A stretch of 64,000 nucleotides of DNA from Podarcis tiliguerta (Eukaryota). The stretch lies in assembly GCA_965153285.1 (NCBI GenBank), contig OZ229117.1; one strand, given 5' to 3'. Under the pieces are notes generated by a model that was not told the origin of the DNA, ran no database searches, and saw nothing but the letters and a program-made list of their open reading frames with translations. Below, piece by piece: positions 49,545 to 62,480 of the stretch; position 1 is the first letter of the stretch, and each line of letters starts with the position of its first letter. The position numbers and the translations under genes were made by a program.

Positions 49545-49980
49545 AACCTATAAGGGACTAATGAATCAGTTCCACATCCACTCCAGCATCCTGTTCTCGC
49601 AGTGGCCAGTCAGATGCCTATGGGAAACCTGCAAGCCCAAGAACACTCTCCAGCAACTGTAGCTTCCAGCAAGTGGTATTCAGAAGCCTTACTACCATTG
49701 ACCGTGGAGGCAGAGCACAGTCATCATCATGGCTATTAGCCATTGGCAGTCTTATCCTCCATGAATTTGTCCAATCCTCTTTTAAAGCCATCCTAGCTGG
49801 TAGTGATCACTGCCTCCTGTGGGAGCAAGTTCTATAGTTCAACCATGCCATAATTTTCTAATCTTTTACCATGTCTCCTCTTTGCTCATCTTTTCTCTAA
49901 AATGAAAAAGTTTCAGACTCTGCAACTTTTCCTCATAGTGGAGTTGCTTCATTTCTTTGATAATTTTGGTTGTCCTTCTA
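49545..49980 (-). mobile_element. Old CR1 3' fragment
   Basis: Same family as 88-1007 and 13210. Confidence 0.8.
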
Positions 49981-51319
49981 TACACCAGGAGTGTGTGTGG
50001 TCTCTGGATTTGTATCTTGAATAATGAGGCAAATTGGTGTGACTTGGGTCATGATTTCATGTTTCCAAAGCAGGTTGTCTTAAGGCAGACCAATGACCCC
50101 ACTAAGTTTCCAAGTCGAAACATTAAAGTCATGGCCCTTTTCTCTGAGAAATGAAACCAAGCTGACAAGGGAAATGCCTAAAGCCCAAGAGAGGTGGAGA
50201 AGTGGGAAATCTTTTGTTTTGACAGATGGGTCCAGCTTTCCATAACAATGAATTACTTTCTGAGTCCCTCCAATCATAGTGTTTTGAGGGAGGCATATTG
50301 AAGTCAATAAAAAGAGGTTTAATTCACATGGGTCATCATTCTCCTCTGTGTTTTGGCTGTCACAAGGGGGTGTAAGTGGACTATTAGGGCCACCAGTTTC
50401 TTTCCCAATATTTATGTTTTCCTAACAAGTAAAAATCATAGATCTTTCACTTTTTATGTCATGACGGGTGCTTCCAGGATGTGAAAAGTAAGGGATTTAT
50501 TATTTTTAAGAAATTTGACAGACTTATTCCACCCAGGAGGATGGAGTCCATCCACTTATGCAGGGGAAAAAGTTATAACTGGTTTTCGATTCCTCACTAT
50601 AGCCAACGGGGGGTGAAACACCAGCACATAAATACATACCAAAAAACCCAGAAAAGTTTGGAGAAAAATTGAAAGAGGTTTACAGTGGGGAGGGGAAAGA
50701 GGTGGACAACAGAAGAAATTTGGACTGCCTCTGTGAGGACAACAAAGAAGTTTAACAGGACAGAAGGTAATCGAGAAAGAGGCAGAGGGATGCAAAGGCA
50801 GGCAAGAGGGGATACTGTACCATGGGGAGTTGGGAGAAGTACTATATAAGGGAAGAGAAAGCAGTGTATATAAAGCAAAAACAGGCCGGAGTCCTGTAAT
50901 CAAAGAGTATGAAGGTTTGTTTGGCTGAGCATGGATTTTCCGTGTGTTTCCTATGTTTATGCAGCGACTTTCTGCCACTGCACCCAAGGCAGCTGCAGTG
51001 CCAAACCCCTGGCGGCCTCTTGTTCTCTGAGCACCTCCTGGTGAGGAACTTACAGAGTTTGGTTGCCCTTTTTCAGTACAGGATCCACCCTGTCCAATAG
51101 GAGTCGGGAGGGAAACTATATAAGGGAAGAGAAAACAGTATCTGTGTGTTTGTGTGTGTGCGCACGCGCGCGTGCATAAATGTAGCAAATGAACAAAAAT
51201 GTTGTGCCCTTCTTCCCAAGCCTTCATACTAGTGATGTATAATGCCATCTGGGAAAGAATAGCTACACACTGGTTATGTGAAACACCCTCAGAAGGCCAT
51301 GGGACCCATTACAGGGGTG

Positions 51320-51447
51320 GGACAAGGGAGTTCTCCTGCATTGGAAGTCCTCAGGCAGAGACTGGGCAGACATCAGCTAGGGGTGCTCCTGTTCTCAATT
51401 TCCTGCATCAAGCAGGAATGTTCAACAAGACGGTTCTATCATTCTAA
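51320..51447 (+). mobile_element. CR1 3' tail fragment
   Basis: tctcctgcattggaagtcctcaggcagagactgg...ttctatcattctaag. Confidence 0.55.
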
Positions 51448-52409
51448 GATGCTGCTGACAGTTACATGTGTTGTGAAACCAGTGGCCTGCTTTGTCCTTG
51501 TGACCATGTGGCGGGTTGATGCCTACTACTTCCTTGATGATGCCTTGTGGAATCATCAGGCTCTCTGTGCAGTATGAAAAGACAATAAGCCAGTTCTACT
51601 GGCAGGAAGTTCACTCATCAATCTTGTCTCCCATTCGGTCTTTTTCTGCGGGGGCCATCCCTTATCTGGTTAGCAAACAGCTTGCACCTTCTGCTTTTTG
51701 AATATATATCTTCATCTGCTTAATAAGCCACCACTGACACTAGCCCGGTAGTAGCCCAATAAGCTTACATCTGACAGCTGTGAGCTCATCAGGGGCGGAC
51801 ACCTGATTTGTAATGAATAAAGGAGTTTAAAGTCCAGGCAGATGTTCCTCTCAAAGGCACCAGTGATTCCCAACTGATGGATGCCCCTGTAACTCTGCTA
51901 CAATAAATTTGTTTGTAGCAGCACAGAAAGCCTTCCTGGCTGTGTTGGTCCTGCTGGTGCCTCTGGAAACACTAATGATATGCCATGGAGATCATGCAGA
52001 CCAGTGATGTTCTAGGGAGCCCCAGAGTTCATCTGAAGTTCTTCAGGAATTTCACAATAAGAATATCGGTAGTGGTGCAAACCTTCTGAAAGGCAGGTTA
52101 CCCAGCTACCAACCTTCCCCATTCAATTAGCAGCACCAGAAACAATATTTCCCAGACTCAGAAATAGAGATGGATGGACCCACTGAAGTCCAGTTCTCAG
52201 GGAAGATAGACCTGGGACTGTCCCATCCCATCCCATCCCGTTTCCAGGTGGATGTTTAATGGAAACTCGTGATAAATCCACCCAGAAATATGTTAAAGTA
52301 CTTACAAGCTATGATGTGGTCCAACGGTTCCATGCTGCCTGTGTTCTTCCTCCCCCTAAAAAAAACAAACATGTTTTCAAAACTTCTGAAAGTGTCTTCT
52401 TCTTCTTTG

Positions 52410-52783
52410 GCAGTCACTCAAAGCTAAGTAAGATTGTCTTCCATAAACACGGTTTTAACAGTGAGTCATTAAGTGGCTGTGGAGGCCAATTCTGGATCCA
52501 CATGTCCTTCCACGGTGGGGACAGGTTTCCGGGAGGGAGCTTACCATGGTGAGGGTTTGCCAAGCATGCCTTCCTCTTAGCAGATTTCTCCCTTTCATCC
52601 TGTGTTTGAGCATCTTCAAAGCCCATGACACTTATGGTAAAGGCTGTTCTCTAACTGGAGCGCTCGCAGGCCAGTATTTCCCAATTGTTGGAGTTTATAC
52701 TACATTTTTTTAGATTTGCCTTGAGAGAATCTTTAAACCTCTTTTGTTGACCACCAGCATTACGCTTTCCATTTTTAAGTTCG
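52410..52783 (-). mobile_element. RTE-clade LINE 3' fragment (third RTE family)
   Basis: ELKNGKRNAGGQQKRFKDSLKANLKKCSIN...GFEDAQ...RKACLANP then degenerate C2H2 knuckle (GRTCGSRIGLHSH). Confidence 0.85.
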
Positions 52784-55129
52784 GCCACCAACAGCCTGAG
52801 CACTATTGGTCCACCTGCTTTTCACCTCTTGATGTGCCCACCACTGGCGTTCAGCCCCTGAGAGGCTGTTCATGAGGGAATGCGGCCCTCTGATTTAAAA
52901 AGTTTTCCCACTCCTGAGCTGAAACATCCACTAATGGCTGGGGATTGTTCAGTGGATCCCTTTCAAAAGCATCCTACACTAACTGCATATAAAGCTAACT
53001 TACAGCTGTAATAATTATTCTTTCCTTCTACACCATGAATTAACCTCTCCTTCCTTCCTGCAGTTGCCAGAGTTTCAATATATATGTTAAATAACTCACT
53101 CTTCATTTGCTCAGCATGACAGTGAGGACCAACAAGCCCAGCCATTTCCTCACTTACACTGGCTGTGAGGAGGGATACCTGGGGAATTCAATCTTCATGA
53201 ATCCTGAAATGAACCGACCTCATGAGCACCTCCTGGAGTCACATACAATTTAGAACTTAGTTACCCACTGCAGCTTTCTGCTAAAAAAAAAAATACAGAT
53301 GGGACTGTTCTGGTGCAGTTTTCTGCTCAAAAGAAGTATGAGCACACTTTTTAAAAATGTGTATTTTGAGAAACTGCCATTCCTGTCCTAATGATGGGCT
53401 CAAATCTGTGCCACCTCTCAGAGGAGCAAGTCCCAAGAGACTGCCTCCTGGAGGGAGGACAGCAAGAACTTCCTGTTGGAGTTCAGAACTGGCATTTTCC
53501 TGTAGGGCTGGCGCCTACCTGAACACCTGTTTGTTCTGCATGATACCCACCTATCCACTGTTTTGCCACATAGGTTTGGCCTTCCCAATGGGGACTGTGT
53601 ACAAATGTTTTAGGTGTTCCTCAAGTAACCTTTGAAGCCCCTTTTTTTCCACCTGCTCAGCACTATTGGTAGTTGATGGGCTTGTGGTGGGCTCCGGCTG
53701 CTTGGTTGGACTGCTTTTGCTGTATATTTCAGGTTGCCATTGAGTGGAAGCAGGTAAATAGATTAGACTGAGCCCCACTGGTCAGCACCCTGAGACACAC
53801 TTGTTCAAAGGACACTTCTCCAACCACCTTCACTTGGTATGTCCCCTGCTGAATGCTGAGCAGTGGGAGTGGTTTCCACAGATCAGGATATACATATCTC
53901 CATGGCGCATCTGTAAAAATCTTTGCCTCTCATCACACAGTTGATGGTAAAGGAGCCCAGACTCTGGACGCTCAAATTTCATTGGCACCCTGTGCAATGC
54001 TAAAATTCAGTGCCCCCGTCTCTCACGCTCCATTCTACAGTGTTGTTGCATTGTTCCCTGTAGCACATCACCCACCACCTCTGGTTTTTGGAGATGTTCC
54101 AGAACCTCTAGGATGCATGAGTGTCCCAATGCCAACTCAAGAGGTTCTTCCAGGCAGACAAGTTAATGCGAAATGTAGTCTCTGAAAGCAGAAAGTCTAA
54201 AAACTACTGATGTTTCATGTAGGGAAGGCAGTGAACTGGATCCAAGCAGTGGGTCTGATTCTTTACTCCTTAGATCCTCAGGGCAACGTTGACAGGTGGG
54301 TGGGGCTTTGTGCTGCCAATCCCAGTGGCGTGTGCTGTCAGTGAGCTCCACTTGCCAAGGAGCAACTGGGAGCTAACTGTAAGTCCCCAAATGTTCCTTT
54401 GCAGCCACGTCCTTACTTGTCACACACCTAACATCACAGATGACACCTGGTGCTGGGCAAGTGGGTGTGCTTTGGGGAAAACTCCCTCATAGACCCTAAT
54501 CGGGCCCTCAGGCCAGAAGTTCCCCACCCTGGCAGCTTAGTTGATCCTGTTTTAATAAACTGTATAATAAAGAAAGAAATAATATCCAGGTCTTCATACA
54601 CAGTGCTAATCCTCAGGAGAAAAGCCACACAGTTCAGCACCTTGAGGAAATCAACTTTTTACTTCTCCTTAGGTCCTACTTGCACTGCAGCCATATTTAA
54701 GCCCCATTTGCTATACAAGGTGGGCAAAGAAGGTGAGTGAAAGGGCTGGAGGAAGGACAGACTGGAGGCTACAAAACCTCCAGATGCAACGTTAAAGTTA
54801 ATGGGCTGCAACCTGGCCACCCTAGAGGGAGGGCTGAGAGATATTTCACCCCACCCACAAGCCAGCCAGCCAGCAGCAGCTGCCAGTTTTATCTCGCTGC
54901 ATTGTGAACACTGAAGTTAGCAAGTTGTGGCAGTTAAGAACACAGGGAGCTGCCTTATACTTAGGCACGTCAGACAATCCCAACGGAAGCAAAAGAGGAA
55001 ATTGCCGATGTTCACTTATTTCTCCTGCGTCTGGAACAGAAATCAATCCTATTCTTATCTGTTGTTGTTGCTCTCAATCTACAAATGGTCCACAGATGGT
55101 ATGTAACGGATTGTGTTTTGGCCCATATC

Positions 55130-55330
55130 TGCATTGTATTTACTTTGCACTGAAATGAACAGGGGTGGAATAATATGATGACAATGTAATTTACACAATT
55201 AATTACATATATTGCATAATTTTGCCACAGTGGACAGAGAGAGGACTAACGTGGTTTATGGCAGAAAATGAACTGCAGCAGAATGGAAACAGTGCTGTGT
55301 GTGGCGAATGTAGGATGGAATGGTGAGTGA
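55130..55330 (+). repeat. Unclassified dispersed repeat (11720 family)
   Basis: tttgcactgaaatgaacaggggtggaataa...aactgcagcagaatggaaa. Confidence 0.6.
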
Positions 55331-55359
55331 TACGGCTTCTTGCATCCTTCAGACCAGGG

Positions 55360-56030
55360 CATTTGCCCGTCTGGGCCAGCACTGCCAACTTTGACTGGCA
55401 GCAGCTCTCCAAGGTCTTAGGCAGATGGAGGTATTTCCCACCAGCAGCTATTTGTTCATTATTCAACAGGAGGTTCCTGTGATTGAATTTGCAATCTTCT
55501 GCTGGTAACACATATGTTCTTCCAGTGAGCTATGCTTGCTCCTCGGTTGCTACAGAAAATCCTGGAAGAAGGAATGAGCAGCCAACAAGCAGTTGCAGGT
55601 ATTCCAAGAAGAGTTGAAGGGGAATCCCCTCCGTCATTCTGCAGAGGTAGAGCACAGGAAGGACTTCTGCCTGAAATCTCAGAGAGCTGCTGATAGTCAG
55701 TATAGAAAACACTGAGCTGAGTAGAGCAATGGACTGACACTGTAGAAAGTGGCTTCTTATGTTCCTATGTTTGCAGATGGTTAAGTGGAAGCTCATCTCA
55801 GCGATTTTGTAGCAGGCAGGAGGGATTACCAGAGCAAAAAAGGAAACCACCATATACTGAGTCAGATCATTGGTCCATCTAGCTCATTATTACCAACACT
55901 GACCAGCAGTGGCTCTCTACAGGGTTTCAGGCAGGGGTCTTTCCAAACATTACCTGGAGATGCCAGGAATTGAACTTGGGACCTTCTGCATGGAAAAGAG
56001 ATGCACCACTACTAAGTTACAAAACTTCCC
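55360..56030. mobile_element. Cluster of three tRNA-derived SINE copies (55360-55540 -, 55660-55770 +, 55850-56030 -)
   Basis: ctgactggcagcagctctcc / tactgagtcagatcattggtccatctagctc / ggaattgaacttgggaccttctgcatg. Confidence 0.7.
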
Positions 56031-57066
56031 CTAAACTTATTTCGTAACTACTGGTGTTATTTTTCCTTTCTCTTCAATTTCTCAACTGTTTTAATTCCAC
56101 AGTGTAAGAACTCAACTTTCTAGACCGTTTCTTGCAGCTGCTGCCTGTTCCATGAAAGCTTGTGCTGCAATGACTTCGTTAGTCTTACGAGTCTTGAGTT
56201 GCCAGCAACATTTCACAAACAGTGAAATTTGAATTTAGAAGTTCCTGTTGAAATCCAATCTCAGCCATATTGCAGGAAATGAAAGAGTATGGATGCAACT
56301 TGCAACATTTATCAGGGGTGTTCTGGAGATTCATTGATTGCCATAGGGTTTCACCTAAAGTGAAATTTGAAAGCTCAAAGGGAGGTTCCTCCTCAAGTGA
56401 TGCATGTGAAGAACATTGAAAGAAACTGACAGAAGCACAAACCTACTAATCTGGAAATGATTGGCCAGGCTAGAGGCCATCTATGGCTCTGGGAGACATT
56501 GATGAAGTGCTGGTCAGTAGCTTTCTGGAGATGACATGTCATCCACTCTTCTCATATTCTATTGGAATGAGCAATTAATCTTTGCAGCGGCTGTGCCAAA
56601 GAGGTACCACCTGCTTTCCTCAGCTCCCAGGCATGAACAGGTGGTACAGGGTGTGTGATCTCCCTTGTTCAGGATAAGCACAGCTGTTTTCATATTATGA
56701 TGGGCAGCTGTGGCTCTCGCATCATCTCACTCAAACCTCTACCTTTCGCAAGGCATCCTTTAAAGCATCACTCCTGTGACATCCACTCATAAGGCAAGAG
56801 ATACTCAATCTGATTTTTGAGGGGAGAATGAGCAATGCGGAAGTCTGACGGATGGTTGCTCTTATGGTTGCTGTCCAGACTGATCATGTCTAGTCAAGTC
56901 CTAGCCTCCAGCAAATGGTACAGGAAAGAGGTCACAAGGATTATGTCTCCTTCAAAACTTTTTTTTCTGGAGCCAGTGGAAGCTGAAGAGGGCATCCCAA
57001 GCTTCTGGCTGGCTGGAATAGAAAAACAAAGACTTTTCACCTTCTACATTCCATTGCTACCCAATT

Positions 57067-57335
57067 AAGGGATGAGGGAGAAATTCTATTCAGTCTGCAT
57101 TTACTTTGCACTTTCTGAAACAATTTGCACTTTCAAAGAACAACACAGCTGTTCTTTGAAGTTTGCACCTCTCTGAGTTTTGCAATATAATAAAATATTA
57201 GGAGAAATTCACACAAAAAATGCTGCTGAATTCTCACGAGACCTTTGTTTTTAAAATATCACAAATGAATGTGAAATGTGGAGAAGTGAACTTGGAAAAC
57301 TAGAAACTGAAATTGACAAACTCTCATGTCTCTAA
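57067..57335 (+). mobile_element. AT-rich MITE (12957 family)
   Basis: agggatgagggagaaatt... to ...ctcatgtctcta. Confidence 0.7.
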
Positions 57336-58139
57336 ATCTGGTCAAGGAGAGCTTGGCAAAGCCAGGACAGGGCTGTGAGTGGCCATACCCCAATTTGAAC
57401 CCAGAGGGTGCTTTGGGGGGCAGAAGGTCCTCAGTTCAAGTCCTGGAGCCATATGCTGTAAAAGCTGAAGCCTGAAGCACAGCAGGCAGAAGTTACCAGG
57501 GATACTCATTCAGCGATGCTCAGCAAAATCAAACTATTTTTCAACAACCTGGAAACAACTTCAGTTAATCCAAGGCTCATTTGGGGAGAATTTTATATTC
57601 CATTCCATCTCCATTCTGATGTCACTGGGAAGGGTAAAATCCATTCCCACCCACTATGAAAAACCTGCCTGCCCAGCACTCGCTCCCCTTTCCTTCTCTA
57701 AAAACTCTTGCTCCATCTCCACCCCCTCCTGTACCTTCATTGATGCTGCAATGATGGTGTCAGAACAATGGGTGGAGGAAAACAGGTCTCTCCCTCCACA
57801 CACACACATGCTCTGACAAGCAGCATGCTGCTCCAACTGTTGGCTAGGTAGAAGGAGTGCTGGGACCTGTAGTTTTCTCAGTGCCACTAATGCTAGCCTT
57901 GTAGCCTACTCTGAATTTTGCAATGCAGTTCTCCAATTAAAAAAAAACTTGACAGAAGCTTTGTCCATCCCTAGCTTCTTCTTGCATCCTTATTGTTGTA
58001 CCTCTAGGTGATTACCTAGCAATTCCCTTCCCTTCCAGAAGGACCTAGGAAATCCTTAAACCTCTATCATTGCTGTTGATTATTTTTCCAGGTCTTAACT
58101 CCTTTTTACAGCCAGTTTTTATCTAAAATTCATTTCTTT

Positions 58140-58420
58140 TCTTTTTGCTTTTAATTTTTTATTGAATTTACTTGATAACATAACAATTATATATGGTCTT
58201 TTTGGGGGGGATTACAAAACAATGTCAATTCAAAATACAATACAATTCACCATACACTCCTACATATATACACATAAGACTTCCCACCCACCCCCAATGC
58301 CTTAACCTTTTCAATTTTCCTGTTGTACAAAACTTAACATTATACTAATTATACTATCTTAAAGTTTCCTACTAATTTTTAGAACCTTTTCATGCCCATA
58401 TACAGAAATCATTCATGTGT
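58140..58420 (-). mobile_element. Probable L1 3'UTR fragment
   Basis: T-rich start with tttattga, then gacttcccacccacccc motif (cf. gggaggaaagtc at 23330). Confidence 0.45.
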
Positions 58421-58490
58421 ACATCATTCACTGAAATATTTTAATAAAGAAACAAACATAAAAGCCTCCACCACTCACCCACTTCTCTTT

Positions 58491-58532
<42 letters not shown>

Positions 58533-59437
58533 ACATGTACATACAACACTTTGACGCAAAGGTATGAAAGAAACAGGAAGCATACAATCCTTTAGAGGAT
58601 GGGGTAGTATAGTTACCAATTTAACAATAGCATTATGGCTTCTGGACCAGAAAAGTTCCCCACCCTTGAATTGAACCTAAGATAAAACATGATTTTCTAA
58701 TTGCATGTGGCTACTTGGTGGATAGTGTTAAGAGAATTCCCCAAGGCCATGATCCTTCAAAGTAAGGGTGGACAGAAGGCATATGGGATCTAGTAGTAAT
58801 TATTTGGGTGATAGGCAGTAGGTCATCAAGCATTTTTGAATTACTGTTAGTTTTAACAATAGCGACAACAAAAATGTGAGGATTTTTCTTCTTAAAATCA
58901 AGCTGCTGAGATGAAAGCTAAGGAAAAATCCAAGAACTGGGGGGGGGGGGAGTGAGAGAAAGGTTTGTGAGCTCTGTTCTGACCATGAAAACACACTCCT
59001 GGGCTGAACATGTGATCAGAGGTGCCTTGTTCCTAAATTCTAATGACTTTGTTGTCTTCTCCACTACCAGCCTGCCTTTCTTTTGCACCTGAGTCCTATT
59101 CGCAGACTTCAGGTTTCTAGTAGAAAACAAAGCAGATCTTGCAAGCAAGCCTGTGGTCTGCCAGACTTGAAATCTACTTTCAGCATCCCAAGCAACTATG
59201 GATTGGGTTTTTTATAATACCTTCTGGGTCTTTGGGTCCGAGTCATCATTATTCTGTTACTTAAGTAAGAAGCTAATTAGGAATCCATTCCTTTGTGGGC
59301 TCAGGGACAGCAAAACCGGTCGATGGAAATGATCTAATGCACAGAAACTTTCCTGTTAGCCATGCTCTGTGTTTGCTTTCAGGTGGTCGGGAGGAGTGGA
59401 ATTACACTGCAGAGGATCTCCTTTAAGCCATTGTCAG

Positions 59438-59481
59438 GGTTCACTAGGGGTCAGAGTTCACTCGGGGTTCACTAGGGGTCA
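59438..59481 (+). promoter_or_regulatory. Array of five nuclear-receptor half-sites (DR4-DR1-DR5-DR4)
   Basis: GGTTCA ctag GGGTCA g AGTTCA ctcgg GGTTCA ctag GGGTCA. Confidence 0.5.
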
Positions 59482-60357
59482 ATTTTCCAGGGTCCATGAG
59501 CCAAGTGAGGGGCAGGGACTGGGGGGGGAGGCAGGAAGCCAAGTCCAGGCAGGGATACAATAAGGTTTCAGAGACATCAATTACTAAGTGGAAAGGGTGA
59601 AGAACAGGAGCTCATTCTGGTAGGGTCTTCTCACTTGAGCAGAGCAGAGAACTCACTTGTGGCCCTTCAGGTGTTGTTGGACTCCAACTCCCCTCAGTCC
59701 TAGCCAGCATAGCCAATGCTGAGAAATGAGAGTTATCATCTAACAACATCTGGAGTGCCAAAGTTTCCCCACCTCTGCACTAGGGAAATGCAGCTGTGGT
59801 ACACTTGCCTGAACATCATTTGATTTTAGTCTAGGGTTGCCTTCTCCCAATCATCCAACCCATTCATGTGGGGTGGGATTTAGGAAGGCATTCAACCAGT
59901 TATGGGGGGGGGAGGAGATAATATTTGAAGTGGTTAAGGGGGGAAAGGCTGCATGTTCCAAGCTGCATGGAGCTTGGAAACCAGTGGTTTCCTTTTTGAA
60001 GTAGTTTAGCCAGTTCAAGAGCACTTCTGTTCAAAAGCTCTTCTGACAGGCATCTATGCAGGGACAAATCTCCCAATTTGGTTTCTCTCACTTTCATGTT
60101 TTTCCTGAGAGAGGACAGAGAAGTGGGAGAGACAATGAGTAGAAAGGTAATCCAGGGGTGGCTGGATCTCACTGGGAGTGGTGGGGCAGAAGGCAGGGAA
60201 GCCAAGAGTATCTGGAGCCAGGTAGTGAATGACAGGCAGAGCCATCCTTTCCTAATTTTATCCCCATCCTCCCCTTGTTGAGATCTACAAGCACAACACT
60301 GGGGCTAAGGAGGAGGAAGCTGACCAGCAATCTTAGCCTCTGGAGCAGGTTGTAAGT

Positions 60358-60620
60358 AATAATCATAATAATAATAAATTTTATTTATATCCCGCCCTCC
60401 CCAGCCGAAGCCGGGCTCAGGGCGGCTAACAACAATAAAACAATGCAACATTCTAAAAACATTCAATTATAAAAATTAATTATAATCAAATTGATGGCAA
60501 CCATTAAGCAAAAATTCTGTGCAGATTGCCAAAGGAGGGAGTCAGGCTGCGCCCTGACCAAAGGTCTGGTGGAACAGTTCTGTCTTGCAGCCCCTGCAGA
60601 AAGATGTCAAGTCCTGCAGG
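60358..60620 (-). mobile_element. L2 3' end, young
   Basis: Minus LQDLTSFCRGCKTELFHQTFGQGAA*; 3' stem-loop and (TTA)n tail. Confidence 0.8.
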
Positions 60621-60776
60621 AGACTTTTCTAAGTAAGAAGGCAGGCAGGTGTGAGCTGGCAGAGGGCAGGCTGAGGTTGGTGGGGCAATGCCCCATTCAA
60701 CCTAATGGATCAACCTCCAATGCAAGTAATCTGAGTGGGCCCTTTTGTGTGTTCCACCACTTTCTGAGTTGCAGTA

Positions 60777-61113
60777 AAGGTAAAGGGAACCCTGACCATT
60801 AGGTCCAGTCGTGACCAACTCTGGGGTTGCGGCACTCATCTCGCTTTATTGGCCGAGGGAGCTGGCATGCAGCTTCCGGGTCATGTGGCCAGCATGACTA
60901 AGCCGCTTCTGGCGAACCAGAGCAGCGCACGGAAACGGCATTTGCCTTCCCGCCTATTCATCTACTTGCACGTTGACATTCTTTTGAACTGCTAGGTTGG
61001 CAGGAGCAGGGACCGAGCAATGGGAGCTCACCCCGTCGCGGGGATTTGAACTGCCGACCTTCTGATCGGCAAGCCCTAGGCTCTGTGGTTTAACCCACAG
61101 CGCCACCCACGTC
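60777..61113 (-). mobile_element. Full-length Sauria SINE (Squam1)
   Basis: tRNA-like head, (ACCTTT)n tail; TSD TCTGA(G/C)TTGCAGTA at 60763-76 and 61112-25. Confidence 0.92.
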
Positions 61114-62139
61114 TGACTTGCAGTATGAGAGGGCAATTTTGGCTGTGGCATCCAGAATATAGAACTACTTTCTGCAGGAGCTTTGTTTGTCTCCTCCTAC
61201 ACTGGTGTTCTGCTGGTGACCATGGTTTCTTACTGAGCTTTTAATTTACTTACTGCTTAACAGTGTTCAATGTTTTCTGCCTCTCAGATTCTCTATTGGC
61301 TTTTAACTACAGCCTTTGTTTGTTTTATTCGTATTCATTAAGATAGTTTATATCCCACTGCCACTCCCAGAATCCCTGACTATTGAAACTTGGTAGCTTC
61401 CAGAATGCTCTGAAGGATTTTACAAGGAACAGAGCCGATGATCCTATCATGGCTTTGGTCTCACTATGGGACGGGTGAGATTAGGAGGACTATTGACACA
61501 ATCACTGCCAAGGGTCTTCTCTTGTGCTGCAAAGCATGCAGACAATGAAGCAGGCTGAGAGAAAATATGCTTTGAAGCTGACCAGAGGCTGTATCCGACT
61601 GAGTTCTGCTTAGAGTAGACCCACTGAAATGAATGCACCCAAGTTAGTCAAGTCTTGGTGGGTTCTCCTCTAAGTAGAACTTAGTTGGATACCAGATGTT
61701 ATATCACTCTCCCATCATGTCCTCAGAGAGCCATCCAGCAAAGTTTAGGTGGTCCAGAGGCTGGTCATACCAGAAGTGATGGATGGGTCTCTGGAGCACT
61801 CGGCAGCATGCTGTGAGTAATTAGCACTCATTTCTGCGGTGCCCTGGATGCCACTGTTGTAGCAGCTCCCACTGAGGTGCCCAGTCCTGTGCTTTCACAT
61901 ACTTTGTCAGATCAGTTGCAGTTTATGCAGCACTCTTGCAATGATGCATTTTGCTTCTTGGTCTCTTGGCTCCTGTTCATCCTCACTGCTGAAAGCCATT
62001 TGGGGGTTTGGGTAGACTAGATGAGCCCAGGGTGCAGTGGACATGTCTTTAGGTGATGGAGTGGTGCTTTCTGCCTTTAAACAGGGTTAGTGCAGCTACT
62101 CCAGAATGAGCCCACCCTGGATACTATGGTTTATAACAA

Positions 62140-62480
62140 CTACTGCCCAGTTGATCCTTTATATTCCTGCCTGATCACTGATATTTTCAGTGGAGTTCCT
62201 GTTAGTAGTCTCTGAATGCTTAGATACATGGCTCATAGCCACAAGGACTGTGGTATTCAGTACTGTGGGGCCAGTTTTGTGGAATTCCCTTCGAGTTCAG
62301 GCCAGGCAGGCCTCCCTCCCTGTGGAACTTCTAGCTCCTGCTAAATATTTGTTTTCAATTCCAGCTGGCATTTGAACTGAATTCTGATTTTTATTTTCAT
62401 AGTATGCGGCTACTTGTAAACCACTCAAAGCCAATTGTAATTAAGCAGTATGTCAATTGTCAGAATAAAAATAATACAAG
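62140..62480 (+). mobile_element. Old L2 3' fragment
   Basis: VFSTVGPVLWNSL motif, tgtaaaccact...aagcagtat tail. Confidence 0.6.

Noticed and set aside
50556-51248. 230-aa minus-strand ORF, the longest non-LINE ORF
   Set aside because: No recognisable domain; spans a dinucleotide repeat and low-complexity purine-rich DNA
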